Shown here piece after piece: positions 14,042 through 27,468 of a stretch of DNA of 64,000 nt (its first letter is position 1; the number at the start of each line of letters is the position of its first letter). Source of the DNA: Eledone cirrhosa (lineage: Eukaryota). The stretch spans positions 302,808,001 to 302,872,000 of the forward strand of contig OZ024740.1 in the NCBI GenBank assembly GCA_964016885.1. Direction: 5' to 3'. The translations under genes and the position numbers were made by a program. The notes under the pieces are model-generated. The model saw only the letters and a program-made list of their open reading frames with translations. It had not been told where the DNA came from and made no database searches.

Positions 14042-14758
14042 GCTCTCTCTCTCGCTCTCGCTCTCTCTCTCTCCCTCTCTATCTCTCTCTCTCTCTCTTT
14101 CTCACTACCTCGCTCTATCTCTCTCTCTTTCTATTAACATCTATTTTAGCATCGCTTCTAGAGAATAGTTCATATCAGTATGGATACACGTACGTCTTCT
14201 ATTTGCCGCTGTTCGTTATCGTTTTATTGAAACTGTGAGTCCTACAAAAGGAGATTTGTTTCGCTTTAGAATATAGAATTGTATTAATGGTATTTATTTA
14301 TATACCTATTTGCAGATTAAATTATATTAATGCTAATAATAAACATTATTATTATCAACACTGTTTCGATTTTTTTGCGATGAAATATTTAAAGAGTGGT
14401 TTAACATACTTTTATTATCTCTGGAGTTTTCCCAAAATAGACAAATAAACTTTTGTTTGAATTATCGTTTCATAGTATTATCGTATTCCGCGATAATACT
14501 TTGAGTACTTTACTTGAAGTGCTTTCCCCATGTTCCACTAAATGTCTAAGCCAATGGTTTATATATATATATATTTATTTATACATATATATACGTGTGA
14601 GTGTGAGATTGTGTGTGTGTGTTTGTTGGTTACTGACACTTCAGTATGAAGGGTAGAGCACTCAACGTGTGCGCAGGTGGGTCTGTTTACTCCGGAGTAG
14701 TTTAAGAGACAAGAAATGTAAATCAGCAGGTTAGAATTAACTTCGTTTGTTCACATTC

Positions 14759-14817
14759 GCTGAATTATATATTTCGGTGATAACCATTATTCAACAGTTA
14801 TGACCTCATCAGACAGC
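14759..14817 (-). ncRNA. Type I hammerhead ribozyme
   Basis: GCTGT CTGATGA GGTCATAACTGTT-GAAT-AATGGTTATCACC GAA ATATAT A ATTCAGC. 13-bp stem II with one mismatch, palindromic stem III; downstream TTGAGTGCTCT box at 14655-14666. Confidence 0.75.
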
Positions 14818-15062
14818 CAGAACTTGAACAGAAAAAAAACAGAAAAACATAATGATGGAACAAAGTTTATTTTCGTTATTTCGATCCCCTGATATGCCCT
14901 GTCTCGAAGTAAGGTTTTGTTTTCTCAATTCGAATTTCAGGAACGTGAATCGAGGATTGTTGCAGCATACAGTTGCCTTTGACTCAACATATGAATTACC
15001 GCTCGAAGTTGAACTCAGTGTGATTTTCCGTAGGCATCACAATTGATAATCCGTGGAATAAT

Positions 15063-15233
15063 TATAAGTAAACAATAATTTACACGAATACACCATTTAC
15101 CATACAAGAGGAAATAGCAGCTATTACATAATGTTTACATGTTTCACAAATTAATGAAACATGTAAACATTATTTAATAAATGCTATTTCTTTCTTGTAT
15201 GGTGAATGGTGCATTCGTTTAACTTATTGTCTA

Positions 15234-15240
<7 letters not shown>
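15063..15240 (+). mobile_element. Family H diverged palindrome carrying a hammerhead 3' half
   Basis: Arms ~85 bp, centre ~15150. Right arm starts GAA ACATGT A (palindromic stem III, GUA); ends in (TA)n. Confidence 0.7.
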
Positions 15241-15284
<44 letters not shown>

Positions 15285-15309
15285 AGGGAGAGAGAGAGAG
15301 AGAGAGAGA

Positions 15310-16762
15310 TTTCTTTATTTTCCACAAGAGCGCACAAGGAAAAGGGACAATACAAAGACATATGCCGAGGATTTTACATACAATCGTGTAAAATATATTT
15401 TCAACAAACAAATTTAACAACCGAAATCCCCAATTGCGGGGAGGCGTTACAAATGGGTTGTTTAATACCCCGTAGATAGAACAATCCTCAACTCAGCAAG
15501 TTCTCCTTATTTCTTTTTGCTCTCTTCAGAGGTTTATATACAGAGAAGGGCAACCACTCGGGTCATTTTTGTTACATTCACCCACTTTTCAGTAAATTTA
15601 TTGGAGTGCAGTGCCTCTCTCTCCACTCTGATTCTCCTGGTACCTAAAGAAGGGAATGAGTTGTTGTCCGGAGAGAAAGGCATCTGTCCTCAGTCCTCTC
15701 AATCTCGTCCACCTATTAACCTCTTTTACCATAGCCACTATACAGAGGAAAATAGCCTCTCTTCCATTTTTAAAAGAAGTTGGCGGTTTGATCCTTACTA
15801 TGGACTCAGCAGTCAACTGGATTTGTTCCATACGCGACAGCAGTTGTTCTGCGTGGTTGCACAGGTCAGTTACGCCCGGGCAGTGTACAATTGCGTGCAG
15901 GATGGTTTCAATGTCCTGCTCGCATCTTGGACACGTCCGCTTGGAAGGATCCCTGCCGGGGCGTCCTTGCCTATAGATCTTGTCTCGAACTGGTAGAGCT
16001 CCTCGGTAGCACTGCCAGGCCAGGGACCTATGGAAGTTGTCCATAGGTCCCGGGCGGAAATCCTACCGAACAGACTGGTGAGCTCGTCGTCTTCGACGCC
16101 CAGAGTCTCTCCGAGCACGTCGTCGCATTTGTAACGTACTAACCCTCTATAGAATGTCGAAGTGGAGTCTCCACTGATTGCTGTGCCCGCTTGACAGAAG
16201 ACTGTGAGCGTCTGAGCGCATTCAATGTGCCAGGCGCCCATTTTCTTCGGTCTCCGCTTGACTCAGGACTGCAGCTCCGTCAGCGAGACAAATAGCGGGA
16301 AGGCCTGACTCACAAACGGTGCCCACACCGGTTGGTCGGTGAGGAATACCTGGAGATGCCGTAGCCTCAGCGCGTGTTTGCGCATCATCAGCCACGGCAT
16401 TCCCAACCCCCCGTTGGAAGGGTGATGACAGCAGACGGATCTCCTCACCTGTGGAGCCTGCTTCTTCCAAAGGAACTGGAAGAGCATGCGTTCCACTCTT
16501 GGTGAGGTATTCACGGCGACAAGGCACGGCGGTCAAGCAGTAGTAGATGACGGACGCTATGAAAGTGTTCGCCACCTCCGCTCGACCTTTCAAGGATAGT
16601 TTGCACTCTGCCCACTCTGGGTGAGCGCAAATACCTTGGCCGTGACCTTGTTCCAGTTTTTCTCCATCTGGAGGTCCGGACCGAACCAGACCTCAAGCAA
16701 TTTCACCGGTCCTTCCGTCCAGCGTCCGACGACGCTGTCGGACGGCATCGGTTTACCTCTCC
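15310..16762 (-). mobile_element. Tx1/L1-clade LINE, 5'-truncated and frameshifted (RT C-terminus, zf-RVT, 3' UTR)
   Basis: Peptides across frames: VKLLEVWFGP, KGRAEVANTFIASVIYY, FQFLWK, GGLGMPWL, WQCYRGALPVRDK, CPRCEQDIETILHAIVHCP. The 3' end AATAAAGAAA runs into (TC)n. Confidence 0.88.
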
Positions 16763-16778
16763 TAGATAGATAGGTAGG

Positions 16779-16860
<82 letters not shown>

Positions 16861-16862
<2 letters not shown>

Positions 16863-17277
16863 TTTCTTTTTATTTGCCACCAGGGCATCAAAAAGTGGGA
16901 CAAGTACAATGGGAGGGGGGTTACATAACAAAGCGTCCTCAATAAGGAGGAGGCAATAACAAAATATAAAAATAAAATAAAATATAACAAAATAAATTTT
17001 ATAACAAAATCCTCAATAGGGAGGAGGCGCCTTGCGGGGTCGCACACACCCCCGAAAAAAAGTGTGCAACCCTTCTCCTCGGGAGCACAGAGAGGGGGTG
17101 CTCCCTTGATATTTCATCTTCCTCACCTATAGTCTGATGTAGAGTGAAGGCCCATTCACACGGGCCATTCTCGCCACTTTCACCCATCTTTCATAAAAAC
17201 GGCTGGGGTGCAGCACCTCTCTCTCCATCCTGATCCTTCTTCCGAAATGATATCGGAAGAAACGGACCAGTTGTTGG
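16861..17277 (-). mobile_element. 3' fragment of a second Tx1-like subfamily, flanked by (GATA)n
   Basis: Terminal coding region resembles 15560-15680 (GGAGAGAGAGG...GGGTGAA). The 3' end AATAAAAAGAAAAT runs into (TATC)n. Confidence 0.65.
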
Positions 17278-17289
17278 ATAGATAGATAA

Positions 17290-17438
<149 letters not shown>

Positions 17439-17440
17439 GG

Positions 17441-17471
<31 letters not shown>

Positions 17472-17519
17472 GAGAGAGAGAGATATCAGATTAGAGCCAG
17501 TTTAAAAATAGATGCAACA

Positions 17520-17655
17520 CTCAACAGAGTACTTGATACTTGGGGTAGTAGAGTATGGCTATACTATAATGAGTCGTGACCCGATGGCTTGGCTCTTGCC
17601 GTTTCAACAGGATGTTCAGGACCCGGAAAGAGATCAGCTGTCGAGTCCCGACTCT
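17520..17655 (-). mobile_element. Family C diverged copy
   Basis: GTACTTGATACTTGGGGTAGTAGAGT and GGCTTGGCTCTTGCCGTTTC align to the family C minus strand. Confidence 0.55.
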
Positions 17656-17693
17656 TTATTATATATATTATATATTCCTTCCTTTATTTACTC

Positions 17694-17812
17694 TTAGGAA
17701 GGGTAAAGGAAGAAAGAGTGCTCTATGTATGCTGGAGAGCTACTTAATTATGTTGGTTATTACATAATTATATATTGTAAATGGAATAATTGTCTTATGT
17801 TGTTTATTACAC
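17694..17812. mobile_element. Family G inverted-plus-direct fragment
   Basis: AAGAGTGCTCTATGTA is the reverse complement of 24802-24818. GTAAATGGAATAATTGTCTTATGTTGTTTATTACA matches 24746-24780. Confidence 0.65.
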
Positions 17813-19139
17813 AAAAATATATTGCGCGTGAAGAACAGAATGGAACCGCAGTGTAAATAAGATCTTCACTGTTCACCACATCACGTAGAGATGTTGTAGC
17901 AATTTTTTTAGATAGTTGATGATAGGTCAATGTTTTGAGTTCAATTAAACGAGTAGAAAATATTGTTCGGTTCTTGTAGGTAGATTACAATGAAATATAT
18001 TAAAAGATGGAAAACGCTACTCGGAGTTTCTCTTTCCCGATCCTTTTGTCATTCGTCTTATCTCGCTTGAAAGGTTCCTATATGCACAATCGATTGAATC
18101 TATTCCTAAAAACAACTTTGCAAAATGTATTACATGTGGGTATATGACAACGTGTTTATATGTATACAATAGTTTTGAAAACTAACATAAATATCTGATA
18201 AATACTTTGAAAATTGCTATAAAACATCTCTGAATAAAAGGGTTTTGTATGAAAATACGAAGTTTGAATAATCCTAAAATAATTTCCTTGAAGGTCCATA
18301 TGCATTTTAGATACAAATGTGGCACTACATGAATATTGTGATATTGGTGCATTAAGCTCAATATCACTGTCTCCAGTGCACATAGGACAGCAAGAAATGG
18401 ATAAGACGTTTGGTCTTTCCACTATTTACATATAAAATAAAATGTACTACAAACCAATGTGATGTAACTTTAAAGAAGAGGTGGAAACAAATCCCAACAA
18501 GAGTAAGTATGCACAGAAGGCTAAGTTAGAAAGGAGGGGGGAGTAGAAGAGACAGTTTGAACGCCATTTATAAATAGACTGACACAACGAGCAGAGAGAA
18601 TGTAGCTTAAGAAGAGAGCAAAAAACGCAGACCATGTAACGTTTGAGGCATATTAATTTGAAAGAATGTCCCGCGCGGGAAAAACGGACGAATTGCATGA
18701 CACCCCTTTCTCATCCGTCGACTTCTGGGGGTCCTTGGGATTGTGTTGCATTAAGGTCGATATTACTAGCTCCAGTGCACATAGTAACAAATTGGTTTTT
18801 CGACTCTTTAAAAATAAAATAAAATTTACTACTAACCCGAGTGCTGCAACTGAAAAGAGGAGATAGAAATAAAACCCAACGTCCCCACCTTATCAGAGGT
18901 ACATTAGGATTTGGTCAGTACACCCCAATATGGAAGTACGGCAACATTTTCTGACAATTCATAATAGACTTTTCCTATTGAGAAAATAATAGGGAAAAGT
19001 GAGTATAAACAGGTTTTGCATCTTCTAAAATGGCGAATATATATTTTCAATGGTGTAATTGTTATATGAATATATATATATGTTGTATAAATATGAATAT
19101 ATGTATATGCGTGAGCGCGCGTATGTGTGTGTGTGTGAG

Positions 19140-19197
<58 letters not shown>

Positions 19198-19333
19198 TGT
19201 GTGTGTCTGTGTGTGTGTGTGTCTGTGTGTGTCTGTGTGTGTGTGTGTGCGCGTGTGTTTGTGTGTAGGAGGATGTCTCATATAATTAAAATCATTATAT
19301 TTCGTTAGTTTTATACAACCTTATTGATTGAAA

Positions 19334-19396
<63 letters not shown>

Positions 19397-19669
19397 ACAT
19401 AAAATATATTGTGTGTGTTTGATTCTGTATCACAATCTATACGAAACATATATCAAATTATTCAACATTGAATAAAATCCATTTCCTCATTGTGTTCTAT
19501 TCTTAACTAAGCTTCCTTTCACGAATTAATTTTCATCGAGCTCTCTCATAAAACTAACTGCGGGCTGTTAGTTTCAAGGAAAAAATATGTCAATTGTCTC
19601 TAAGCGAATTGTTTACGTAGATAAGGACAGCCATACTCTCCTATATATATATAAACATATATATATATA

Positions 19670-19754
<85 letters not shown>

Positions 19755-19822
19755 ATGTGTATATATATACATATATATATATATATGTATATGTATGTAT
19801 GCATGTATGTATGTTTGTATGA

Positions 19823-19868
<46 letters not shown>

Positions 19869-19953
19869 TTATATATATATATACATCTATATATATATAT
19901 ATATATATATATAGTAATAATAATAAATTTGAAGACTGTTATTTTAATAAATA

Positions 19954-20046
<93 letters not shown>

Positions 20047-20053
20047 ACATACC

Positions 20054-20090
<37 letters not shown>

Positions 20091-20092
<2 letters not shown>

Positions 20093-20698
20093 TGGCTGCC
20101 AACTCGTTTTCGAGTACGGCCACTACTTTATATCCATGTAGGAGAACTCCTATCGATGTGCTGAACGAGTGTGACTTTTTAGTCCAGCCAGCGACTTGAA
20201 AACTCTAGTACAAACACTACACTTGTGACAATTATTGACACATAGTGCTAGGCCCATGGTACCATGTGACGACAAGTGCAGAGAGATCTCCAGATACAAA
20301 GCAATGCCTGTGCCGTGAAGCTTTTATAGTGAGCAAAGGCACTGCACAAAGCCAGTCCCACTCTCTTAACCAAGATGATATTTACCAAAAAGAAGAACAA
20401 GTCAACATCATTGGATACTATCAGGGTTGCACCTGTTATATCAGAGTATTCCTTCTCCTAGAATTCTGCCTTGACAAAGGCTAAGGGGTCATCTCTCCCG
20501 GTGATTTTGGATGGCCATTGACTCTTAAGAGCTCCTTTGCCCTTTGACAGGTTTAATTTTTAGTCCTGCAGGATGTCCAAAGTCACCCTCCTCACCAAGA
20601 AACCTTGGTGGGGTTGCCAGTTTAGTCGCCAACGACCCGACCATGAGACAGGTTGTACTTGGATACATGTTACCAGTAGCACCAACTGGTGACCTGAC
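20091..20698 (-). mobile_element. Retrotransposon-derived repeat, probably an RTE-like 5' region
   Basis: 20246-20336 is repeated at 45487-45577. CCTTCTCCTAGAATTCTGCCTTGACAAAGGCTA is the reverse complement of 27142-27176. Confidence 0.5.
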
Positions 20699-20734
20699 AT
20701 ATATATATATATATACATATATATATACCTACAT

Positions 20735-20836
<102 letters not shown>

Positions 20837-21538
20837 ATATATATATATATATATATATACACCTACATACATATATACACATATGCATATATACAAGCAG
20901 AAAGACAGACAAAAAGACAGAAAAACAGATAGACAGGTAGACAGACAGAAACATACAAGTACGATTAATTGAACAATTATACGTGTGCATTTATTAAACA
21001 TATATATTAAGGAAATATGGGTCTACGAGGGAAGTTCTGCGTCAAACTGCAAACAGTTGCAGACATTTCTCCCAAGAAATAAGATGGATAACACATTTGA
21101 TTTTGTAAAGTTTAGTTAGTATTGCTCAATATACGATGGGGCTGTGATAAAGTATATCACGTTTTAAAAGAACATTCAACATTCATTTCTGTGTCGAAAT
21201 CTCGAGATATAACTCGTACCTTATGAACTCACTTGTACAAAATTCCCAAATATCTACATAGAAATTACATCAACATACAGTTTTATATACAGAATCTACC
21301 AGCAGATATTTCGAACATATTTAACATTACAAACACGCATACACACGCGGAGACATGGCTATGATAACACGAAGACACGCGTATAGGTGTAGTTACATCT
21401 ACGTGTGTGGGTATGTTCATTCAAAACGATTAAATATGAATGCAAAAGAAGTTTGTGTTTGATTTTCAAGTGTCTCTATCATTTTGATTTCACATTATAT
21501 TTAGCACACAGCTTTTCATTATTCGACGCCATTTATCT

Positions 21539-21677
21539 TAATAATTGCTTCTACTTTTGGCACAAGGCCAGCAATTATTCCAGTGTATTACTGGTACTTT
21601 ATTTTATCGACCCCGTAAGGATGAAAGGCAAAGTTAACCTCGACGGGATTTGAACTCAGACCGTAAAGGGACGTAAT
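21539..21677 (-). mobile_element. tRNA-derived SINE, partial
   Basis: Matches the 4814-5000 body. Confidence 0.85.
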
Positions 21678-22559
21678 AATGTTAATAAATATAGCAATGT
21701 TTAATCTACATAAAAATACTTATATTCAAGTATATATTAAATATTTATATACACGTAAACATAAATATATGTATGTGTGTGTGCACCTGACACAGCATAT
21801 GTTTAATATTTCTGTCTATGACAACTATATCATATAAATTATATCCTTTGAATAAAATATAATATACCTACATATTCTAATCTATTTATATATTTTTTCT
21901 CCATTAACTTACGTATATTATTTCATTAGTTAATGCATTATCTTAAGAGATATTTATTGTTTAAGTTTCATATTATTAGAATAAGATATGTCAACAGCAA
22001 CAGGTAGGACCGAACAGAATTATATATTCTATCAGTTTCTTATGTGAGTGGCTGAAGATGTATGATGTCAGATTGCTAAATTAACACTAGTGGACAATAT
22101 ATGCTACGTCAGCTGACGCGACATAACGCTGCTTCACCTGTCTAAATGCTACATATTGCTGGAATGGTCGTCATACCACTCTCGGCTTTCATATTTGTAT
22201 AATTTATGATTATTTCGTGTTTACAGTTTTCCTCTTGCTTCTTATTTTATCTATTATGTTGACTTACTTTACACATTGCATGAAACAAAACATGAATATT
22301 TCTACATTTCGTATTCAGGTAGATCCACATAGTTATATGATATGGTCAGTAAAATTTGATGTTTGGAAACACATGGGACGTTTATAAGGATTCATACTGA
22401 GACGATAACTCTAGTTGTCATTTTTCCATCTATATCATTCTAAGAATTAATTGTTCTGTGGCATACAGTACATTTGTATACGTGTGTGCCTTGTGTTTGC
22501 GTGTGCATATATATGGGTTGGTATGTATACGATTATATATATATATACATATATATATA

Positions 22560-22602
<43 letters not shown>

Positions 22603-22614
22603 ATATATATATAT

Positions 22615-22737
22615 AGTAATAATAATAAATTTGAAGACTAAAATCCAAAGAGGGCTCGATAAGGATAAATATATATCAAAGATCCCGTTAAGGGTGAAAG
22701 CACCGATTCTTTGCTTAAACTTTAATCTGTTATTTTA

Positions 22738-22743
<6 letters not shown>
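22615..22743. mobile_element. Family E rearranged copy (inverted 3' end joined to the direct hammerhead part) in (TA)n
   Basis: 22615-22678 is the reverse complement of 24439-24502; 22679-22743 matches 24348-24413. Confidence 0.75.
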
Positions 22744-22792
<49 letters not shown>

Positions 22793-22995
22793 AGATACCA
22801 GGTACCCATGGATTGACATCAGTTCTATACACACCTATGTGGTACAGAGTATAACATCTCGGTTCACATATTCATAAATATATGTTATTACAATAAAATA
22901 TACTCACATTTTATTGTTCGATACATACTCATACGCCACCGCCTATCTATGTTTAAGAGTATATATGCACATACACACATAACCACCCACACTTC

Positions 22996-23070
<75 letters not shown>

Positions 23071-23910
23071 CATCTATATATGTATGTATTTATATATAGA
23101 TGTATGTAAATATCTCGTGTATATGTGTACGTGTGAGCCTGTGTGTGTGTACGCACACTCTTTGGCATTTAATGCAAGAAAGTATGGTATTCAAAGCTAA
23201 TGCCAACTTAGTAATAAAAATAAGTAAAATTTTCTATACTCTTTTTATTTATCATAGTCTTTCTTAATGGGATTATAGTTTGTTTGGTTTTTTTTTTTTA
23301 CAATATTTACTATTTTTATTATATTGCTTTTCCTTCTTTCTACTATCCTATTATATTCATAGCAGTTTCTGTTATTTTTTCGCAACCACTTTTCATCGTA
23401 TTTTATTTCATTCTTATAATGATTATGTCTAGATGTTCTCTTGTTATCATTACTGCTTTACCATGTATACTTTCCAAAGATATGATATACGAATGATTCT
23501 GAAAACAGTAAATTTATTATGCATTTATATGTGAGTTGATGACTTAAGATTTAATGGAATCCTTCATTCTTTTGTGACAAGCATATTCAATATTTAAAAA
23601 AGTACCATCTCTCGTTCTTCTCTATTGCTTTATACGTGTATCTGAAAAAGTGTAGTCTCTCATTTTCAATCTTTCTCAACCCATTCCCCACCATCTGTCT
23701 TTGTCGTCTCTCTTTTACTCGCCTTTCTCTCCTATCATATGTTGAGATACCACATTTAATAACGTCAACGCCAGCAATTATTTCAGTTTTGTACTTATCT
23801 TAGTGATGTAGATTTGTCGAATCGCTAAGTTACGCTTTTCGGAATAACATGTTAAACACAGACGCGAACACACAGACGCACACACATATGCACACAGACC
23901 TTACAACCAG

Positions 23911-23961
<51 letters not shown>

Positions 23962-23967
<6 letters not shown>

Positions 23968-24139
23968 GAAATGACAGGAGGCTCCTGTCATTTCATTATA
24001 ATATTTAACTCCGTAATAGCACCACCAACTACAAAAACAAAGACGGTTGAACTGCTTTACGTTGAGTACTCTCTATATTATTACATTACGATTGACCATA
24101 CGGAATAGACCAGCTCTATACAGTGGTGAACCTCAAACC

Positions 24140-24143
<4 letters not shown>
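23962..24143 (+). mobile_element. Family F fold-back element in (TA)n
   Basis: 19-bp perfect hairpin TATAATGAAATGACAGGAG-G-CTCCTGTCATTTCATTATA, then TTGAGTACT at 24062; (TA)n on both sides. Confidence 0.7.
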
Positions 24144-24232
<89 letters not shown>

Positions 24233-24251
24233 GTGAGTGTGTAAATATGTA

Positions 24252-24334
<83 letters not shown>

Positions 24335-24344
24335 TATATATGTA

Positions 24345-24502
24345 TAGAAGATCCCGTTAAGGGTGAAATCAGCGATTCTTTGCTTAAACTTTAATCTGTT
24401 ATTTTAATAAATATTTGCTCTGCGGTTCTTATATATATGATATATATTTATCCTTATCGAGTCCTCTTTGAATTTTAGTCTTCAAATTTATTATTATTAC
24501 TA
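24345..24502 (+). mobile_element. Family E element with truncated hammerhead
   Basis: (ct)GAAGA TCCC GTTAA GGGT GAA ATC AGC GAT T, then AATAAA, TCGAGTCCT and (TA)n. Further pieces at 19911-19950 and 38015-38055. Confidence 0.7.
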
Positions 24503-24692
24503 TATATATATATATATATGTGTGTGTTACGTATAAGCGCGTGGTTGAATATGTGTATGTTTATGTTCTGGATATTTATTTATATATTTTTCCTCTCATT
24601 CCTTTTTGCCCACTATTTGATTTCAGCCTTACTTTCATATTTCCTAAATTTTGTTTTCAAATCCATATTTAATAAACACACCATGTTATTTA

Positions 24693-24754
24693 TTCGTTCT
24701 GATGACTGAAGACAGATATAAATATCTGTCTTCAAGAAACCACTGGTAAATGAA
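24693..24754 (+). ncRNA. Type I hammerhead ribozyme (family G)
   Basis: TTCGTT CTGATGA C[TGAAGACAGATAT-AA-ATATCTGTCTTCA]A GAA ACCA-C-TGGT A AATGAA; GUA triplet. The element continues through TAGAGCACT to (TA)n at ~24854. Confidence 0.78.
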
Positions 24755-24874
24755 ATAATTATCTTATGTTGTTTATTACATAACTAATAAGCTCTGTAGC
24801 CTACATAGAGCACTCTCTTTTCCTGTACCTTTCCTACAAAAATACTTCATTTTTATATATATATATATATATAT

Positions 24875-25067
24875 ATAGGAACCAGTAAGACCCCGACGGC
24901 TGAGCTCAAGCCGTTTCGACGGCTAATTCTGGTCCAGAATTAGCCGTCGAAACGGCTTGAGCTCAGCCGTCGGGGTCTTACTGGTTCCTATTACCCACTC
25001 TACTACCCTAAGTATTGAGTACTTTGGTGCGTTATGGTCCACCTGGTTCCTTACCACATTTCCTTCG

Positions 25068-25069
<2 letters not shown>
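24875..25069 (+). mobile_element. Family C fold-back element in (TA)n
   Basis: Perfect 58-bp arms centred on 24933. Right arm has the hammerhead 3' half GAA ACGGC-TTGAGCTCA-GCCGT C; TTGAGTACT at 25015. Confidence 0.85.
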
Positions 25070-25151
<82 letters not shown>

Positions 25152-25636
25152 TATATTCACACTTCTTTTCGTAATTGATTTGCAAGATACTTGATGGGAA
25201 ATCGTATGATGAAAGAGATATTGTTATATTTTGAGAGTTCATACGGCCAATAAAAATAAAATTCACGACCCAGTTGAATTTCTCTTCGTGAAGCTCTTTG
25301 AGAAGGTCACAGAATGTGTAACGAAAGATTTTTGAAGATTAATAATCAAACAACCACCCACTTACATAACTAACCGATGAATGGATTAGTTATTCAAATA
25401 ATACTAAACTGTGAACTTAACTTGTGCGAGTGCTTTATTGGCAAAAGAGCTGTTTACAAAATAATGAAAACAGTCAAATAATAGCAAGAAACAAAAAGAA
25501 CAAATACTTGGTTGGGTTACTTCTTTAACACTTGAAATGGAAGATAAGTGTGTATTTAACCTTTCAGACGCTATTGTTTAATCTATGTGAGGGAGGAGTA
25601 TAATGAAGGATTAAGGGGGAACAGCATTTTGATGAT

Positions 25637-25691
<55 letters not shown>

Positions 25692-25694
<3 letters not shown>

Positions 25695-25894
25695 ACGAAG
25701 GAAATGTGGTAAGGAACCAGGTGGACCATAACGCACCAAAGTACTCAATACTTAGGGTAGTAGAGTGGGTAATAGGAACCAGTAAGACCCCGACGGCTGA
25801 GCTCAAGCCGTTTCGACGGCTAATTCTGGACTGATTTTAGTCCAGAATTAGCCGTCGAAACGGCTTGAGCTCAGCCGTCGGGGTCTTACTGGAT

Positions 25895-25899
<5 letters not shown>
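25692..25899 (-). mobile_element. Family C fold-back element in (TA)n
   Basis: Near-identical to 24875-25069 in the opposite orientation, with a different turning point (CTGGACT-GATTTT-AGTCCAG). Confidence 0.85.
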
Positions 25900-25941
<42 letters not shown>

Positions 25942-25945
<4 letters not shown>

Positions 25946-26072
25946 ATGTGGTTGATGGTTGAGAGAAAGGAGTACTTAATACCGAAGTAGAATTCTTGTC
26001 TACAGGCCCTGTAAAAAACAGGCGAAACTGCAGAGTAAGAAGACTCACTATTTAGCCTTAAAAAATGAGTAT
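25942..26072. mobile_element. Family K rearranged element in (TA)n
   Basis: An inverted 3' end (GTATGTGGTTGA...GTACTTAATACCGAAGTA) joined to CCTGT-AAAAA-ACAGG C GAAAC...GACTCACTATTTAGCCTTA. Related copies at 37277-37355 and 62293-62420. Confidence 0.65.
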
Positions 26073-26258
26073 ATATATATATATATGGGGAACGGGGGGT
26101 ATACTGCGTGGGTTCTTGATGAGTATAGGCGGGGCCACAGCTTGAAATGTTATTCAATACGTCAGCAGTATACAGGGGGTCTTTATTTTATACATAAATT
26201 ACTTCTACAGGACTAGATATGTCTCATACGTATTCCTATATGAAATAAAGTTATAAGG

Positions 26259-26874
26259 ATGTATGTTCTTCTGGTTCTATAATTTCACAAATGTTTGCCA
26301 ATAGAGAGAGAGAGTCGGTTTCTAACATAGTTACAAAACTCTCTCATTGGAATTTACGCAATATCAACTAGGTAGATATGTATGCATGTCTGCATACATG
26401 CGTGTGCAGGTATGGGTGTTATTGTATGTGTGGATGTGGATGTTTTGAGTTATATGTGTGCATGTGCATGTTTTGTATATGCAGTTATTAGATGCAAAAT
26501 TTTTGGACTGTTTTACATATATTTACTGTTCCATTGATATATTGTACTTTTCTAACCAGTTGTGTTCTTTCTGTTTCTGTGAAGCCCAGCTTCTCAAGAT
26601 TTGTACTTAGGTAGTTACTAACATATGCCACTGCCCCAATAATCACAGGCATAAATCTGAAGTTATTTTCAGGGTGGAGTATCTGTAGATTTCTCATTAG
26701 TTCTGCATAGATATTCTCCTTTTCGCTAATCTTTAAAATTATATTGGCATCTGCTGGGCAGCTAACTCCCACTACTGTGCATGCCACATATCATTTTCCC
26801 TGGCACATATCATTCATTATATCTGGTCTGTTATGCCTGCATTTTATTGGAGTTTTTACTGGAACATTCCACCA
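26259..26874 (-). mobile_element. 5'-truncated R4/Dong-like LINE copy (RLE end and 3' UTR)
   Basis: ORF 26488-26787 is nearly the same peptide as the C-terminus of 1-1863, and the UTR is homologous. Ends CCAGAAGAA-CATACAT. Confidence 0.92.
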
Positions 26875-27071
26875 TAATTTCGGTTTCTCCTGTAGCTACA
26901 ACTGAATAAATTGTGTTTACTTTTCTCATTGATTTTCACACTGGTTTACATCGGTAAATTGTTTTCGTTCCTTGTCTTCGGTAAATTGTTTTCATTCCTT
27001 GTGTTCGGTAAATTGTCATTGTTTATGTATGTATGTATGTATGTATGTATGTATGTATGTATGTATGTATG

Positions 27072-27415
27072 TGCGCAGGGACATAGAAATAGTCGGACTG
27101 GACACCCATCGCGCGGTTAAACCACTGGGAGTGAAGGACCCCTAGCCTTTGTCAGGGCATTCTTCTAGGAGAAGGCAACTCAGTAAACTGGGATAACTCC
27201 GATATAAAACCTGTGGCTCAGTAGTTACCGATGATGTTGGTCTTTTCTTCTTTTCGTGATATAGCTACTATCGCTCAGAGAGTGGAATTGGCTCAGTGTA
27301 CAGTCTTTCCTCACTTTAAAAAATATCTTCCCGCGCAGGCATTACAAGCTAGAATTAATTAATAATGGTATATAGTGTCATGGCCATACTCGATAACGAG
27401 GGGTCAGCCATCATG
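27072..27415 (+). mobile_element. RTE-like 5' region fragment between (ATGT)n tracts
   Basis: CTAGGAGAAGGCAACTC...GATATAAAACC is typical of RTE leader regions; homology to 20450-20505. Confidence 0.45.
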
Positions 27416-27416
27416 T

Positions 27417-27468
27417 AATGTATGTATGTATGCATGTTCTTCTGGTTTTATAATCTTTTTAATGTTTG
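27417..27468 (-). mobile_element. Extreme 3' tip of the R4/Dong-like LINE
   Basis: Reverse complement CAAACATT...ATTATAAAACCAGAAGAA-CATGCATACATACATACAT. Confidence 0.7.
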
